Under the pieces are notes generated by a model. That model searched no databases, had not been told where the DNA came from, and was given only the letters and a program-made list of their open reading frames with translations. DNA of 60,779 bases, counting the filler. It is 5 parts of 5 records of this genome, joined end to end, with 100 filler letters (N's around TTAATTAATTAA, not from the genome) between each part and the next. Parts side by side here need not be neighbours in the genome. Positions count along the whole stretch, not along the records: positions 41,406 to 51,573 come from SRR31156797_2542; positions 51,674 to 60,779 come from SRR31156797_2546; 3 more parts are not named here. One strand, 5' to 3'. The stretch's first letter is position 1, and each line of letters begins with the position of its first letter. Made by a program: the position numbers and the translations under genes. This document shows positions 49,026 through 58,206 of this stretch, one piece after another.

Positions 49026-50303
49026 ATGAATCGAAATGATGAAAACCAGAAGATTAAAAGTTTTCTAAAGCAAGTAGAAGTCTTAATTGATAAACAAAAT
49101 GAGATTAAAAAAGCAACTGGTGAAAACTTTAACATTTTTTCCGTTTTAAAAATGGAAAGAAATGAGGTTGAAACTCACTCTGCTTTAATTTTTGAGCTAA
49201 TAAATCCTTCAGGATCTCATTCTCAAGGGAGACAGTTTCTTGATGAGTTTGTAAGAGATGTTTTAGGTGAAGAGAATTTTAAAACAGATGAATATATCAA
49301 TGTTGAGCGAGAAAAATTTTGTGGAAAAGAAGGCCGAATTGACTTGTGGATTGAAAATGATGAAAAAAATCTAATTATTGAAATGAAAATTGATGCTGGT
49401 GATCAAGAAAATCAGCTAAAAAGATATAAAAAGTACGCTGAAAAGCAGAATAAAGGATATCAGATTTTTTATCTAACGTTATTTGGGAATGAAGCTTCTG
49501 AAAAAAGTAAAGGCAAAGGAAAGGGAAAAGTAGAGTGCAAGGACATTTCTTTTCAGGTTGATGTTTTAGGTTGGATTGAAAATTCAATTAAATTGGTCAC
49601 TTTGAAACCTGTTTTAAGGGAAACGCTGCGCCAGTATTCAGTTTTAATTAGAAAAATTACAAACTTAGCTTCACAGGAGAGTGAAATGGAAATAATCAAT
49701 ACTCTTTTAAAAGACAGTAACTTAATCGTTGCTGATCAAATTGCAAAGTCTCTTCCTCGTGCGAAAGCTGAAGTGGAATATGAATTCTGGAAATCACTAT
49801 ATGATAAAATTGAATCTGATGAGGAAATGCCTTTTAGATATGACTGGTTTATATTTGAAAAATTTGATTTTAAAAATAAGGATGATGATATAATTGGTGA
49901 AATTGTTAAAGAAAGAAATAAGAAAAACGGCGAGATGGGGCTTCATTATTATGTTGGTGATGTGAAAAAAGATAAATATAAACTTTATCTTGATGTTAGT
50001 GCAAACACAGTAGGCAAAATTTTATTTAGTCTGTTTTTATGGGATGATGAAAAAGAGGAAATGCCTAAAACTTGGAGTAAATATAGAGATTTGAAGAAAG
50101 TTCTGGAGGGTCTGGGATTCTCTAAATCTGCTGAACAAAAGACCATATACATTCCTTATTCATATGAAGATATTTTTGAATATCACTGTAAAGGAGACCT
50201 GGCTGAACTTGCTGATAAAATTAAAGATAAGTTTGTTGATGTGTCAAAAACAGTTTACAATTCTAAGGAGTTGAGAAAACTTGTCGAAATAAAGTCAAAA
50301 TAA
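49026..50303 (+). CDS. PD-(D/E)XK nuclease family protein (PDDEXK_4-like)
   Basis: NFNIF...E..HSALI...NPSGSH.QG..FL, GRIDLWIE and IIEMKIDAGDQENQLKRY. Confidence 0.85.
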   Translation: MNRNDENQKIKSFLKQVEVLIDKQNEIKKATGENFNIFSVLKMERNEVETHSALIFELINPSGSHSQGRQFLDEFVRDVLGEENFKTDEYINVEREKFCGKEGRIDLWIENDEKNLIIEMKIDAGDQENQLKRYKKYAEKQNKGYQIFYLTLFGNEASEKSKGKGKGKVECKDISFQVDVLGWIENSIKLVTLKPVLRETLRQYSVLIRKITNLASQESEMEIINTLLKDSNLIVADQIAKSLPRAKAEVEYEFWKSLYDKIESDEEMPFRYDWFIFEKFDFKNKDDDIIGEIVKERNKKNGEMGLHYYVGDVKKDKYKLYLDVSANTVGKILFSLFLWDDEKEEMPKTWSKYRDLKKVLEGLGFSKSAEQKTIYIPYSYEDIFEYHCKGDLAELADKIKDKFVDVSKTVYNSKELRKLVEIKSK

Positions 50304-50308
50304 CCCAC

Positions 50309-50809
50309 TCAATTCTTCAATCTCATCACCGGCCCTCCACCAAAATCTTTCCCGACTGAATAAACTCCGTTCTGGTTGATCCAATACCGTTTCTCGTGAG
50401 CATAATTAAGGCAGACTCGTCTTTTGATTTCTTTTGATACCTGAATAGCGTATTCAACCATCTCTTTTTCAGACAAGTTCTGAGGGACATCTTTCCTTCC
50501 ATAGACTCCCGGGATCCATCTGACAACAATGTAAGGTTTAAGCGGTGGCAGAGAATCGATCCATTCCCTGACTCTTTTTGCCATCTGCTCTTCACATTCA
50601 GTCCTTTCTTCCTGCGTGACTTCAAGAAACTCCATGACTTTTGCAACTACGGGTTCGATCATGTCTCCATCTTCAATAGAATCAACGCGGCGAATACCTT
50701 TGCTGATGTTTGAATACCCGAGTTTCAAAGCGAACTCTTTCTTTGTTAAACCCAAATCCTTCCTTCTTTTTTCGAGAAGTTTTCCAAAAATTTTCTGCTG
50801 ATAGTTCAT
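50309..50809 (-). CDS. XRE-type helix-turn-helix protein
   Basis: FGKLLEKRRKDLGLTKKEFALKLGY N-terminal HTH; RBS GGAGG. Confidence 0.7.
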   Translation of the reverse strand: MNYQQKIFGKLLEKRRKDLGLTKKEFALKLGYSNISKGIRRVDSIEDGDMIEPVVAKVMEFLEVTQEERTECEEQMAKRVREWIDSLPPLKPYIVVRWIPGVYGRKDVPQNLSEKEMVEYAIQVSKEIKRRVCLNYAHEKRYWINQNGVYSVGKDFGGGPVMRLKN

Positions 50810-51036
50810 TAGAACCTCCTTTTAGCAGTTTTTATAAAGCGCCCGCAAGTTGAGATAAATCGGCGCATCCATATGATATTATATCAAGATTTTAAAATAT
50901 AAACAAATGAAAGATTCAATCTTCGCTTAACTTCATCAGACAACTTCAGTTAGGTTTGGATTTAAAAAATACCAAAGCCTTGACTTGAAATCTCGAATCA
51001 ATATTATGACAAGGTGAGTTTGCAGGCGAGGGGGCG

Positions 51037-51573
51037 ATGAGCGTTAAAAAAAACAATAAAGAAACTTCTCAATATCAGGAAATGTTATTAGGGGTAGTTG
51101 GACTTTTAGAAGAAGCTAGGCGAACTTCTGCTCGTGCAGTAAACCGTATTATAACTGCAACGTACTGGGAAGTTGGCAGAAGAATCGTGACATATGAACA
51201 GGAAGGAAAAAAAAGAGCTGAATATGGAAAAGAGCTGCTAAAGAAGCTGTCAGATGACTTAAAAAAGCAATTTGGCAGGGGATTTGGGTGGCGAAATATT
51301 TATCAAATGCGTCAGTTTTTTATAGTTTATCATCCTGAAAAGATTTTGCAGACAGTGTCTGCAGAATTGCAACTTGCTGAAATGTCGAATCAATTCCCGC
51401 TTCCATGGTCTCATTACGTGCGACTTTTATCAGTGAAAAATGATAAGGCGAGAGCATTCTACGAAAAGGAAGCTCTTCGTGGTGGCTGGTCTGAGAGACA
51501 GCTTGATCGACAGATTTCATCACTTTTTTACGAAAGAGCGGTTTCTTCAAAAAACAAATCCGCAATGTTAAAA
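51037..51573 (+). CDS. DUF1016 (YhcG-like) protein, N-terminal part (truncated)
   Basis: YWEVGRRIV, RAEYG...LS.DL...FGRGF, LPWSHY, RAFYEKEA..GGWS.RQL.RQI. Confidence 0.9.
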
Positions 51574-51673
51574 NNNNNNNNNNNNNNNNNNNNNNNNNNN
51601 NNNNNNNNNNNNNNNNNTTAATTAATTAANNNNNNNNNNNNNNNNNNNNNNNNNNNNNNNNNNNNNNNNNNNN
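51574..51673. other. Artificial contig-joining spacer
   Basis: Same linker. Confidence 0.98.
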
Positions 51674-51687
51674 TTATTGGCAAAATA

Positions 51688-51794
51688 TTTCACGCAAAGT
51701 TCGCAGAGCAATATTCCGCAACGCACGCTAAGAGTAAAGAGAGGTATAATTTTTTCACACTCTGCGTTTTTAATATTGTGGTCTTTGCGTGAAA
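51688..51794. repeat. Palindromic intergenic element (CACGCAAAG...CTTTGCGTG type)
   Basis: TTTCACGCAAAG (51688-51699) and CTTTGCGTGAAA (51783-51794) form perfect arms; internal CGCAGAG/CTCTGCG arms are also present. Confidence 0.6.
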
Positions 51795-51895
51795 ATTTTC
51801 TGGCTTGACCAGGTTAGGAGATACATTTTTGAACTCATTTCCCTGTTTATTTGCCTATTTTTGAAAATGATTTTTGCCCATCAAGATTTTGTCAT

Positions 51896-53728
51896 ATGAG
51901 GATAACACTACTTTTTATTTTTGCGGTTTCAATTTTCGCATCAGCTTTTGCCCAACATCAACCATCTGAAAATGAGATAAAAAATTCCGGAAATTACCTC
52001 TGGGGTGTTGGTAAGGGTGATTCATACCGCCAGGCCGATAAAAATGCGCTTGATCACTTGATCTCGCAAATCACAGTTCAGGTAGAAAGCTATTTTGAAG
52101 GTAAGACAACCGAGCGTGAAGGAGATATCACTGAGTTTGCCGAGCTGGTGGTGAAAACCTATTCCAATGTTACAGTGGAGTCAGCCAGGAGCATGTTGCT
52201 CGATGAGAAGCGTGGAAAATATTCGGTGATGCGGTATATTTCCTTGAATGACCTGGACAGGTTGTTCGAAAACCGTGAGCGCAAAGTCAAGGCTTATGTT
52301 CGATCCGGGCTAGCAGCTGAAAAAGACCTTCGAATTGGCGATGCGCTCAAAAATTATTACTGGGCTCTCGTATTGCTTCAAAGCCATAAGGACCGGGACA
52401 AAATCATGTTTGATTTTCCCGAAACAGGAGAAAGGCTTTTGAGTTCTGCACTGCCGGAAGTCATCAATAATGTATTTGCTGATCTGGATTTTACGGTTCA
52501 GTTTATCGATGACCGGCCGGACGAAAAGTATAAAGCCGTACACATGAAAATTACCTACAACGGCGAGCCGGTGGATAACCTCGACTATTACACCTGGCGG
52601 GGTACCGGGTATTCAAACCTGATCAGCATGCGGAGTGGAATTGGAATTGCTGAATTTTTTGGCGATAACACCAAAAAGGTGGAGGAGGTGAAATTGCTCG
52701 TCGAATACCAGTACGAGCATAAAACCACTTTCGACCTTGAAGTGGATGCGGTTTATAAAAATATCAATATTCCATACATGAACCGGTGCGAATTTATTAT
52801 ATGCCTGCCCGGGCCGGTTATGGAGGCAGCCGAACCGATTAAAGCTGCTTCTGAAAAGATTGAGTACGCTGAAATAACAAAGATTGATAAACCAAGGAAG
52901 ATCAGGAAAACGCTAAACAGGATTTTAGAAACTGTTGAATCGGGTGAGATTAACGAAGTATTTGAATATTTTACGCCCGGTGGCCTGGTCATGTATAATG
53001 ACCTGATTGCAAACGGCAACGTGAAAGTAATGCCACAGTTAGACACCCTTCACCTTGTGGAACTTGAAACAGAAACCATGGTCCGCTCTGTCCCCATGAA
53101 ATTTGCTTACCAGAACAATTCGCGTGAATTTGTGGAAGAGGTGGTTTTTACTTTTAATGATGAGCACATGATTGATGCGGTTTCTTTTGCCATCAGCGAT
53201 AAAGCCATTTCTGATATTGTTTCACGCAGCAGCAGGTTTGGCTCCACAGAGGATAAATACCAGCTCATCAGCTTTCTGGAACATTACAAAACGGCCTACT
53301 GCCTCAAGCGTCTCGACCACATCGAATCCATTTTTGCAGACAACGCCCTGATCATTGTGGGGCATGTGGTAAAAACTGCCGAGTCCATCGAGGGGATGTA
53401 TGCCATGGCAGGAAATGATCAGGTAAAGTTTATCGAACTCTCCAAATCAGAATACATGGAAAGACTGCGAAAGGTTTTCAATTCCAACGAATTTGTGAAT
53501 ATTCATTTTGAAGACAACATCGTGAAAAAGGTGAACGGCGATTCCAAAATCTATGGCATCCAGATCAAGCAGGACTATTATTCTGCAACCTACGCCGACA
53601 AAGGCTACCTCTTCCTGATGATTGACCTGAACGATTCCCTGAACCCCAAAATCTATGTACGCACCTGGCAACCCGAGCGCAATCCAGACGGCAGTATCTT
53701 TGGGCTGGATGATTTTTTTGTGAATTAA
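51896..53728 (+). CDS. Exported protein with N-terminal LPP20-like domain
   Basis: Signal peptide ending AFA; YLWGVG...ADKNAL..LISQI.V.V pattern; C-terminal YADKGYLFL...PKIYVRTWQP. Confidence 0.65.
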   Translation: MRITLLFIFAVSIFASAFAQHQPSENEIKNSGNYLWGVGKGDSYRQADKNALDHLISQITVQVESYFEGKTTEREGDITEFAELVVKTYSNVTVESARSMLLDEKRGKYSVMRYISLNDLDRLFENRERKVKAYVRSGLAAEKDLRIGDALKNYYWALVLLQSHKDRDKIMFDFPETGERLLSSALPEVINNVFADLDFTVQFIDDRPDEKYKAVHMKITYNGEPVDNLDYYTWRGTGYSNLISMRSGIGIAEFFGDNTKKVEEVKLLVEYQYEHKTTFDLEVDAVYKNINIPYMNRCEFIICLPGPVMEAAEPIKAASEKIEYAEITKIDKPRKIRKTLNRILETVESGEINEVFEYFTPGGLVMYNDLIANGNVKVMPQLDTLHLVELETETMVRSVPMKFAYQNNSREFVEEVVFTFNDEHMIDAVSFAISDKAISDIVSRSSRFGSTEDKYQLISFLEHYKTAYCLKRLDHIESIFADNALIIVGHVVKTAESIEGMYAMAGNDQVKFIELSKSEYMERLRKVFNSNEFVNIHFEDNIVKKVNGDSKIYGIQIKQDYYSATYADKGYLFLMIDLNDSLNPKIYVRTWQPERNPDGSIFGLDDFFVN

Positions 53729-53779
53729 GGAGATGCGTGATTGAGCGGCTAAGTATTTGAAAATGTAAACATATCAACG

Positions 53780-54440
53780 TTGTGTGGCATTTAAAATAGA
53801 ACATGATAAACCTTAAGATTAAAGCTATAAATACAACTAAAAAGCAAGATGAGATAATTTCTCAATTATGTTGGAAAACAAACCAGGTTAATAGTTTATG
53901 GTATGCAAAAACCAATACATTTTCTTCAGATTCAAACCGACCATTGATTGGGAAAATAAATGCAGGAAATAATCAATTTAAAATCACCAGACTTCGACCT
54001 TTTGTTCAGTCTTTTCTTCCGAGCGTTGTTGTAAAAGGAGAAATTAAAGACACAAAAAAAGAATCCATCTTAATATTAAGATTTCAACCAGGTTTTTTAA
54101 CAACCCTATTCTTAATGTTTCTAATTTGGCCATTAAGTTTAGTTATCTATCATATTGCAATTTCTGACACTAACGATATAATTTGGGTTGGTTTATTTTG
54201 GATTCTTGTTTTTCCAGCTATGATAATTTCGCTACTGTTTTATGAGGTAAATAAAACAATGAGAATAATTAATAGAGAATTAGATTTGAAAAATGAATAA
54301 AAAAAACGACCGTACAACAAAGTACGTATTGCAATTCGGGGTTGGTAGGGTTAGCAACTGTGTATTCTTGCCTCGCAATCCTGTCTTGTGGGATATGAAC
54401 GCTCACCGAAATCTGCTCCGCAATATGTACTAACTAACCG
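53780..54440 (+). mobile_element. Integron-type gene cassette-like unit (single ORF plus attC-like site), no integrase in window
   Basis: Left boundary G/TTGTGTGG at 53779, AT-rich ORF 53803-54300 and attC-like site 54310-54446. The left-boundary sequence is complementary to the cassette's own inverse core CCGTACAAC. Confidence 0.55.
53803..54300 (+). CDS. Hypothetical membrane protein (two C-terminal TMs)
   Basis: 165-aa ORF, visibly more AT-rich than the large flanking genes, with two hydrophobic segments near the C-terminus. Confidence 0.65.
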   Translation: MINLKIKAINTTKKQDEIISQLCWKTNQVNSLWYAKTNTFSSDSNRPLIGKINAGNNQFKITRLRPFVQSFLPSVVVKGEIKDTKKESILILRFQPGFLTTLFLMFLIWPLSLVIYHIAISDTNDIIWVGLFWILVFPAMIISLLFYEVNKTMRIINRELDLKNE

Positions 54441-54446
54441 TTAAGC
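54310..54446 (+). repeat. attC-like recombination site
   Basis: R''-like GTACAAC (54312-54318), inner arms AGTACGTATTGC (54321-54332) and GCAATATGTACT (54420-54431), and R' GTTAAGC (54440-54446), which fits GTTRRRY. Confidence 0.6.
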
Positions 54447-54554
54447 TTACAAAAGTGGCCTCATGTTAAAAAGCTTTTTTTTCGAAGTAATCCGGGTCAA
54501 TGAAAGAAAATCACCAAATAATAAATTTGTATTTTTGAACCAAAACAGAGTAAA

Positions 54555-54797
54555 ATGGATTTACAAACAAGAAAATTGGTATTAATTCAGGAATTCTTAA
54601 AAGTTCAAAGTGAAGATGTTATTTCCCGCCTTGAAAAAGTCCTGATGAAAGGAAACATTGATATTGATCAAGACGCTCCAAAACCTATGACGATTAATGA
54701 ATTTAATTCTCGAATTGACCAATCAATGGATGATTCTAAAAATGGACGATTGGTAAGGTCAGATGAGATTAAAGCCAAAATTGACAAATGGAATTAA
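54555..54797 (+). CDS. Putative antitoxin of a RelE/ParE-type TA pair
   Basis: 80 aa MDLQTRKL..IQEFL...PMTINEFNSRIDQSMDDSKNGR...KW; overlaps the toxin start. Confidence 0.7.
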   Translation: MDLQTRKLVLIQEFLKVQSEDVISRLEKVLMKGNIDIDQDAPKPMTINEFNSRIDQSMDDSKNGRLVRSDEIKAKIDKWN

Positions 54798-55105
54798 AGA
54801 TTTTTTGGACTGATTTCTCCCTTAGGGAACTTGAAAGTATTTATGACTATTACCGTGAAAAGGCAGGTTTTAGCGTAGCAAAAAAACTTGTTAATGGAAT
54901 ATATAATGAAACACTCAAATTAATAAGGCAGCCCAAGATTGGCCAGGTTGAGGAACTGTTGAAAAACCGAAATTAAGAATTTAGGTATTTGGTTTATAAA
55001 AATTACAAAATAATCTATTGGATTAATTATGCAAATAACCAGGTTGAGATAATTGATGTTTTTGATACAAGGCAGAACCCTGTAAAAATTGAAAGAACAA
55101 AATAA
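54788..55105 (+). pseudogene. RelE/ParE family toxin interrupted by an in-frame TAA
   Basis: MELKIFWTDFSLRELESIYDYY...PKIGQVEELLKNRN, TAA at 54974-54976, then the same frame continues EFRYLVYKNYKIIYWIN...EIIDVFDTRQNPVKI to TAA at 55103-55105. Confidence 0.82.
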
Positions 55106-55281
55106 AGGAACCTCTTTATAATCAAATAATCATCTAACCTGATTAGTATTTAACTTGTCAAAACTAATTTCAATTTCCCAAAATTCAATTTCTTACCACC
55201 ACTTTCCCAAATCCAATCACTTGTCTATTTTTGCTGGCGATTTCAAAAACTGTAAACATTTTAAAACGAATACATTGAGAT

Positions 55282-56967
55282 ATGAAAAAACTGATTGAAT
55301 GCGTGCCCAACTTCAGTGAAGGCAGCGACATGGGAATCATCAAACAAATCACCGATGAAATTGAAGCTGTTGAAGGTGTAAAACTCCTGGACGTTGATCC
55401 CGGAAAAGCAACCAACCGCACTGTTGTTACCATGGTAGGCACACCGGATGAGGTTTGCGAAGCAGCATTCCGCGCTGTGAAAAAAGCCTCGCAGATCATT
55501 GATATGAGCAAGCACAAAGGTGAACATCCGCGTATGGGAGCTACGGATGTTTGTCCGCTGGTTCCGGTTGCAAACATCACCATGGAAGAAACTGTGGAAT
55601 ATGCCCATAAGCTGGCAAAGCGCATTGGTGAGGAACTTGAAATTCCGGTTTACTGTTATGAGAATGCTGCCCGCGAAGAGAAGCGCCACAACCTGGCAAC
55701 CTGCCGCTCCGGTGAATATGAAGGCCTTCCGGATAAACTCCAAAAACCGGAGTGGAAGCCTGATTTCGGGCCGGCAAAATTCAATGCCAAATCCGGTGCC
55801 ACTGCAGTTGGCGCGCGTGATTTCCTGGTAGCTTACAATATCAATCTTAATACCACGTCAACCCGCCGCGCAAACGCCATCGCCTTTGATATCCGCGAAC
55901 GAGGCCGTGTGAAGCGTGAAGGTAATCCTATTACAGGTAAAATTGTTTTGGATGAAAATGGAAAAAAAGTAAACATCCCCGGATCACTCAAGGCTGTGAA
56001 GGGTATTGGCTGGTATATCGAAGAATACGGCATCGCGCAGATCAGCCTCAACCTCACCAACATCAGCATTACACCTGTACATGTGGCGTTTGAGGAAGCC
56101 AGTAAAAAAGCGCAGGAACGTGGCATCAGGGTTACCGGTTCTGAGTTGGTAGGTTTGATTCCCTTACAGGCCATGCTGGATGCCGGAAAGCATTTCCTGA
56201 GAAAGCAAAAGCGCTCGGTGGGTGTTTCTGAAGATGAACTGATTAAGATTGCAGTGAAGTCTTTGGGCCTGGACGATCTGAAACCTTTCAACCCCAAAGA
56301 ACGGATCATCGAGTATATGATTTCCGATGAATCGGGCAAAAAGCTCGTGGACATGAACCTGGTTGAATTTGCCAACGAAACAGCTTCGGAATCTCCGGCG
56401 CCTGGTGGTGGTTCCATTTCGGCCTATGCCGGAGCACTGGGCATTTCGCTGGGTACCATGGTGGCCAACCTGTCATCGCACAAGCGAGGCTGGGACGACC
56501 GTTGGGAAGAGTTTTCCAACTGGGCTGAAAAAGGCCAGGCCATCAAGGATGAACTGCTGCACCTGGTGGACGAAGATACCAATGCCTTCAACAAAATTAT
56601 GGATGCTTTTGGATTGCCAAAAGGTTCTGATGACGAAAAGGCCGCCCGTAAGCAGGCCATCGAAGATGCTTCGAAATACGCCATGGAAGTACCGTTTAAA
56701 GTGATGCAAAAATGCCTGGAATCCATGCAGGTGATGAAAGCCATGGCAGAGGTTGGAAATCCAAACTCTGTTTCTGACGCCGGCGTTGGTGCACTTTGTG
56801 CCCGAGCTGCCGTTCGTGGTGCCTTCATGAATGTGCGGATCAATGCATCAGGTGTTGAGGATAAAGACTTTGTAAATGACTTGCTCACCAGAGGTAAAGA
56901 AGTTGAAAATAAGGCTAAAGAGATGGAAATTGAGATCGTAGGGCAGGTTGACGAGAAGATTAAATAG
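55282..56967 (+). CDS. ftcD: Bifunctional glutamate formimidoyltransferase / formiminotetrahydrofolate cyclodeaminase
   Basis: ECVPNFSEG, HKGEHPRMGATDVCP, GARDFLVAYN and SELVGLIP; cyclodeaminase part PAPGGGS, DTNAF, NPNSVSDAGVG and NVRIN. Confidence 0.95.
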   Translation: MKKLIECVPNFSEGSDMGIIKQITDEIEAVEGVKLLDVDPGKATNRTVVTMVGTPDEVCEAAFRAVKKASQIIDMSKHKGEHPRMGATDVCPLVPVANITMEETVEYAHKLAKRIGEELEIPVYCYENAAREEKRHNLATCRSGEYEGLPDKLQKPEWKPDFGPAKFNAKSGATAVGARDFLVAYNINLNTTSTRRANAIAFDIRERGRVKREGNPITGKIVLDENGKKVNIPGSLKAVKGIGWYIEEYGIAQISLNLTNISITPVHVAFEEASKKAQERGIRVTGSELVGLIPLQAMLDAGKHFLRKQKRSVGVSEDELIKIAVKSLGLDDLKPFNPKERIIEYMISDESGKKLVDMNLVEFANETASESPAPGGGSISAYAGALGISLGTMVANLSSHKRGWDDRWEEFSNWAEKGQAIKDELLHLVDEDTNAFNKIMDAFGLPKGSDDEKAARKQAIEDASKYAMEVPFKVMQKCLESMQVMKAMAEVGNPNSVSDAGVGALCARAAVRGAFMNVRINASGVEDKDFVNDLLTRGKEVENKAKEMEIEIVGQVDEKIK

Positions 56968-56992
56968 ATATTTCCAAAATTTTGGATAGCCA

Positions 56993-57044
56993 TAGATACG
57001 CGATACATCGCGTATCTGCATTTATGATTCATCGCATCTCTGCA
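56993..57044. repeat. REP-like palindrome (GTAG-family style) with a degenerate half copy
   Basis: AGATACGCGAT-AC-ATCGCGTATCT perfect palindrome at 56994-57017, then CATCGCATCTCTGCA. Confidence 0.6.
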
Positions 57045-57065
57045 GAATCATACATTATAAAAAAC

Positions 57066-57099
57066 AAAACCCGGATCAGGCTAAACTGTCCGGGTTTTT
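57066..57099. terminator. Bidirectional intrinsic terminator between ftcD and tatC
   Basis: AAAACCCGGA...TCCGGGTTTTT. Confidence 0.75.
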
Positions 57100-57205
57100 A
57101 TTTGGAGATAAAATATAAGTGAGCTAAATATCAAGTTTATTGTAATTAATTTCAACAGAAGGATGATTCTAAAACCTTTCAATTAAAGCAGGATTTTAAC
57201 CTTAT

Positions 57206-58054
57206 CTATAAATTATCCCTGGGGTATACCCTTTTAGCCACAACAATACTCACTTCATAAAGCAATAGCAACGGAATACACACCATCACCTGGCTTATGA
57301 TATCCGGCGGGGTAATGATGGCAGATAAAATCAACAGAACTACGATCATGATCCTGCGTTGTTTTTTTAGCCAGGCCGGATCTGCGATACCGTATTTTGC
57401 CAGGAAATATATAAATACAGGGAGTTCAAAAAATATGCCCACACCCAGTACCAATGATGCAATTGTGCTGATATACGAACCCAACATCACATTGTTTTGA
57501 ACATCGTCACTTACAAAATAGGTACCCAGGAAATTCACCGTCAGCGGAACAATCAGAAAGTAACTGAAAAGGAGTCCGACAACAAATAGGAAACTTCCCG
57601 AAACAATCGTGGCAAGGGTTGTTCTACGGTTTTTGATTTTAAGAATAAAAGCCAGGAAGCTCCAGACCTGGTATAAAATATACGGAAATGAAAGGATTAC
57701 TCCGGCAATAAGAGAAACATACAGGTGGGTAAGGAATTGCCCGGCCATGTTCACGTTGATGACCGTGAGTGATTCGGCACTAAAGCACAGGTTTTCAATA
57801 TCGTATTTCTCACCGATGTAGCATAAAATACGGTTTGTGATAAAGTCTTCAGTTTTGGGTGCCAGCAGAATCTTGTCGAAAATTATTTCCTGATTTGTAA
57901 ATGCCAGCACCGCAAACAGCACAGCAGCAATCACCGACCTGATCATCCGTTTCCGCAACTCCAGGAGGTACTCACGATAGTTTCGCTTTTTGGGCGGTTT
58001 TCGGGGCGTGATTTTCCCGACAGGTTTTTTATTGCTGATCATCTCTTCGGCCAT
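57206..58054 (-). CDS. tatC: Twin-arginine translocase subunit TatC
   Basis: LLELRKRMIRS, FPYILYQVWSF, FSYFLIVP, FELP and SAIITPPDIISQ...LYEVSI; ATG 58054 preferred. Confidence 0.92.
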   Translation of the reverse strand: MAEEMISNKKPVGKITPRKPPKKRNYREYLLELRKRMIRSVIAAVLFAVLAFTNQEIIFDKILLAPKTEDFITNRILCYIGEKYDIENLCFSAESLTVINVNMAGQFLTHLYVSLIAGVILSFPYILYQVWSFLAFILKIKNRRTTLATIVSGSFLFVVGLLFSYFLIVPLTVNFLGTYFVSDDVQNNVMLGSYISTIASLVLGVGIFFELPVFIYFLAKYGIADPAWLKKQRRIMIVVLLILSAIITPPDIISQVMVCIPLLLLYEVSIVVAKRVYPRDNL

Positions 58055-58095
58055 ACGGCTGCGAAAATACAAATTGTATAAAGAGGATAACAAAT

Positions 58096-58118
58096 AAAAA
58101 AGCCGGCTTAAACCGGCT
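58096..58118 (-). terminator. Intrinsic terminator after the rhodanese/YeeE cluster
   Basis: The minus strand reads AGCCGGTTTAAGCCGGCTTTTTT. Confidence 0.7.
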
Positions 58119-58157
58119 CACATGAACATACAGAATTTATAATGTATTTTACTTTTT

Positions 58158-58206
58158 GCGCTACGCTCTACGCAATATGCCCCAGGCGCTAAGCGCATAC
58201 CGCTAA
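58158..58206. repeat. Degenerate heptamer tandem repeat
   Basis: GCGCTAC GCTCTAC GCAATAT GCCCCAG GCGCTAA GCGCATA CCGCTAA. Confidence 0.5.

Noticed and set aside
54974-54976. Programmed readthrough or recoding in the toxin gene
   Set aside because: The codon is TAA, which is used as a normal stop by neighbouring genes. There is no SECIS-like context; a nonsense mutation or sequencing error is simpler.
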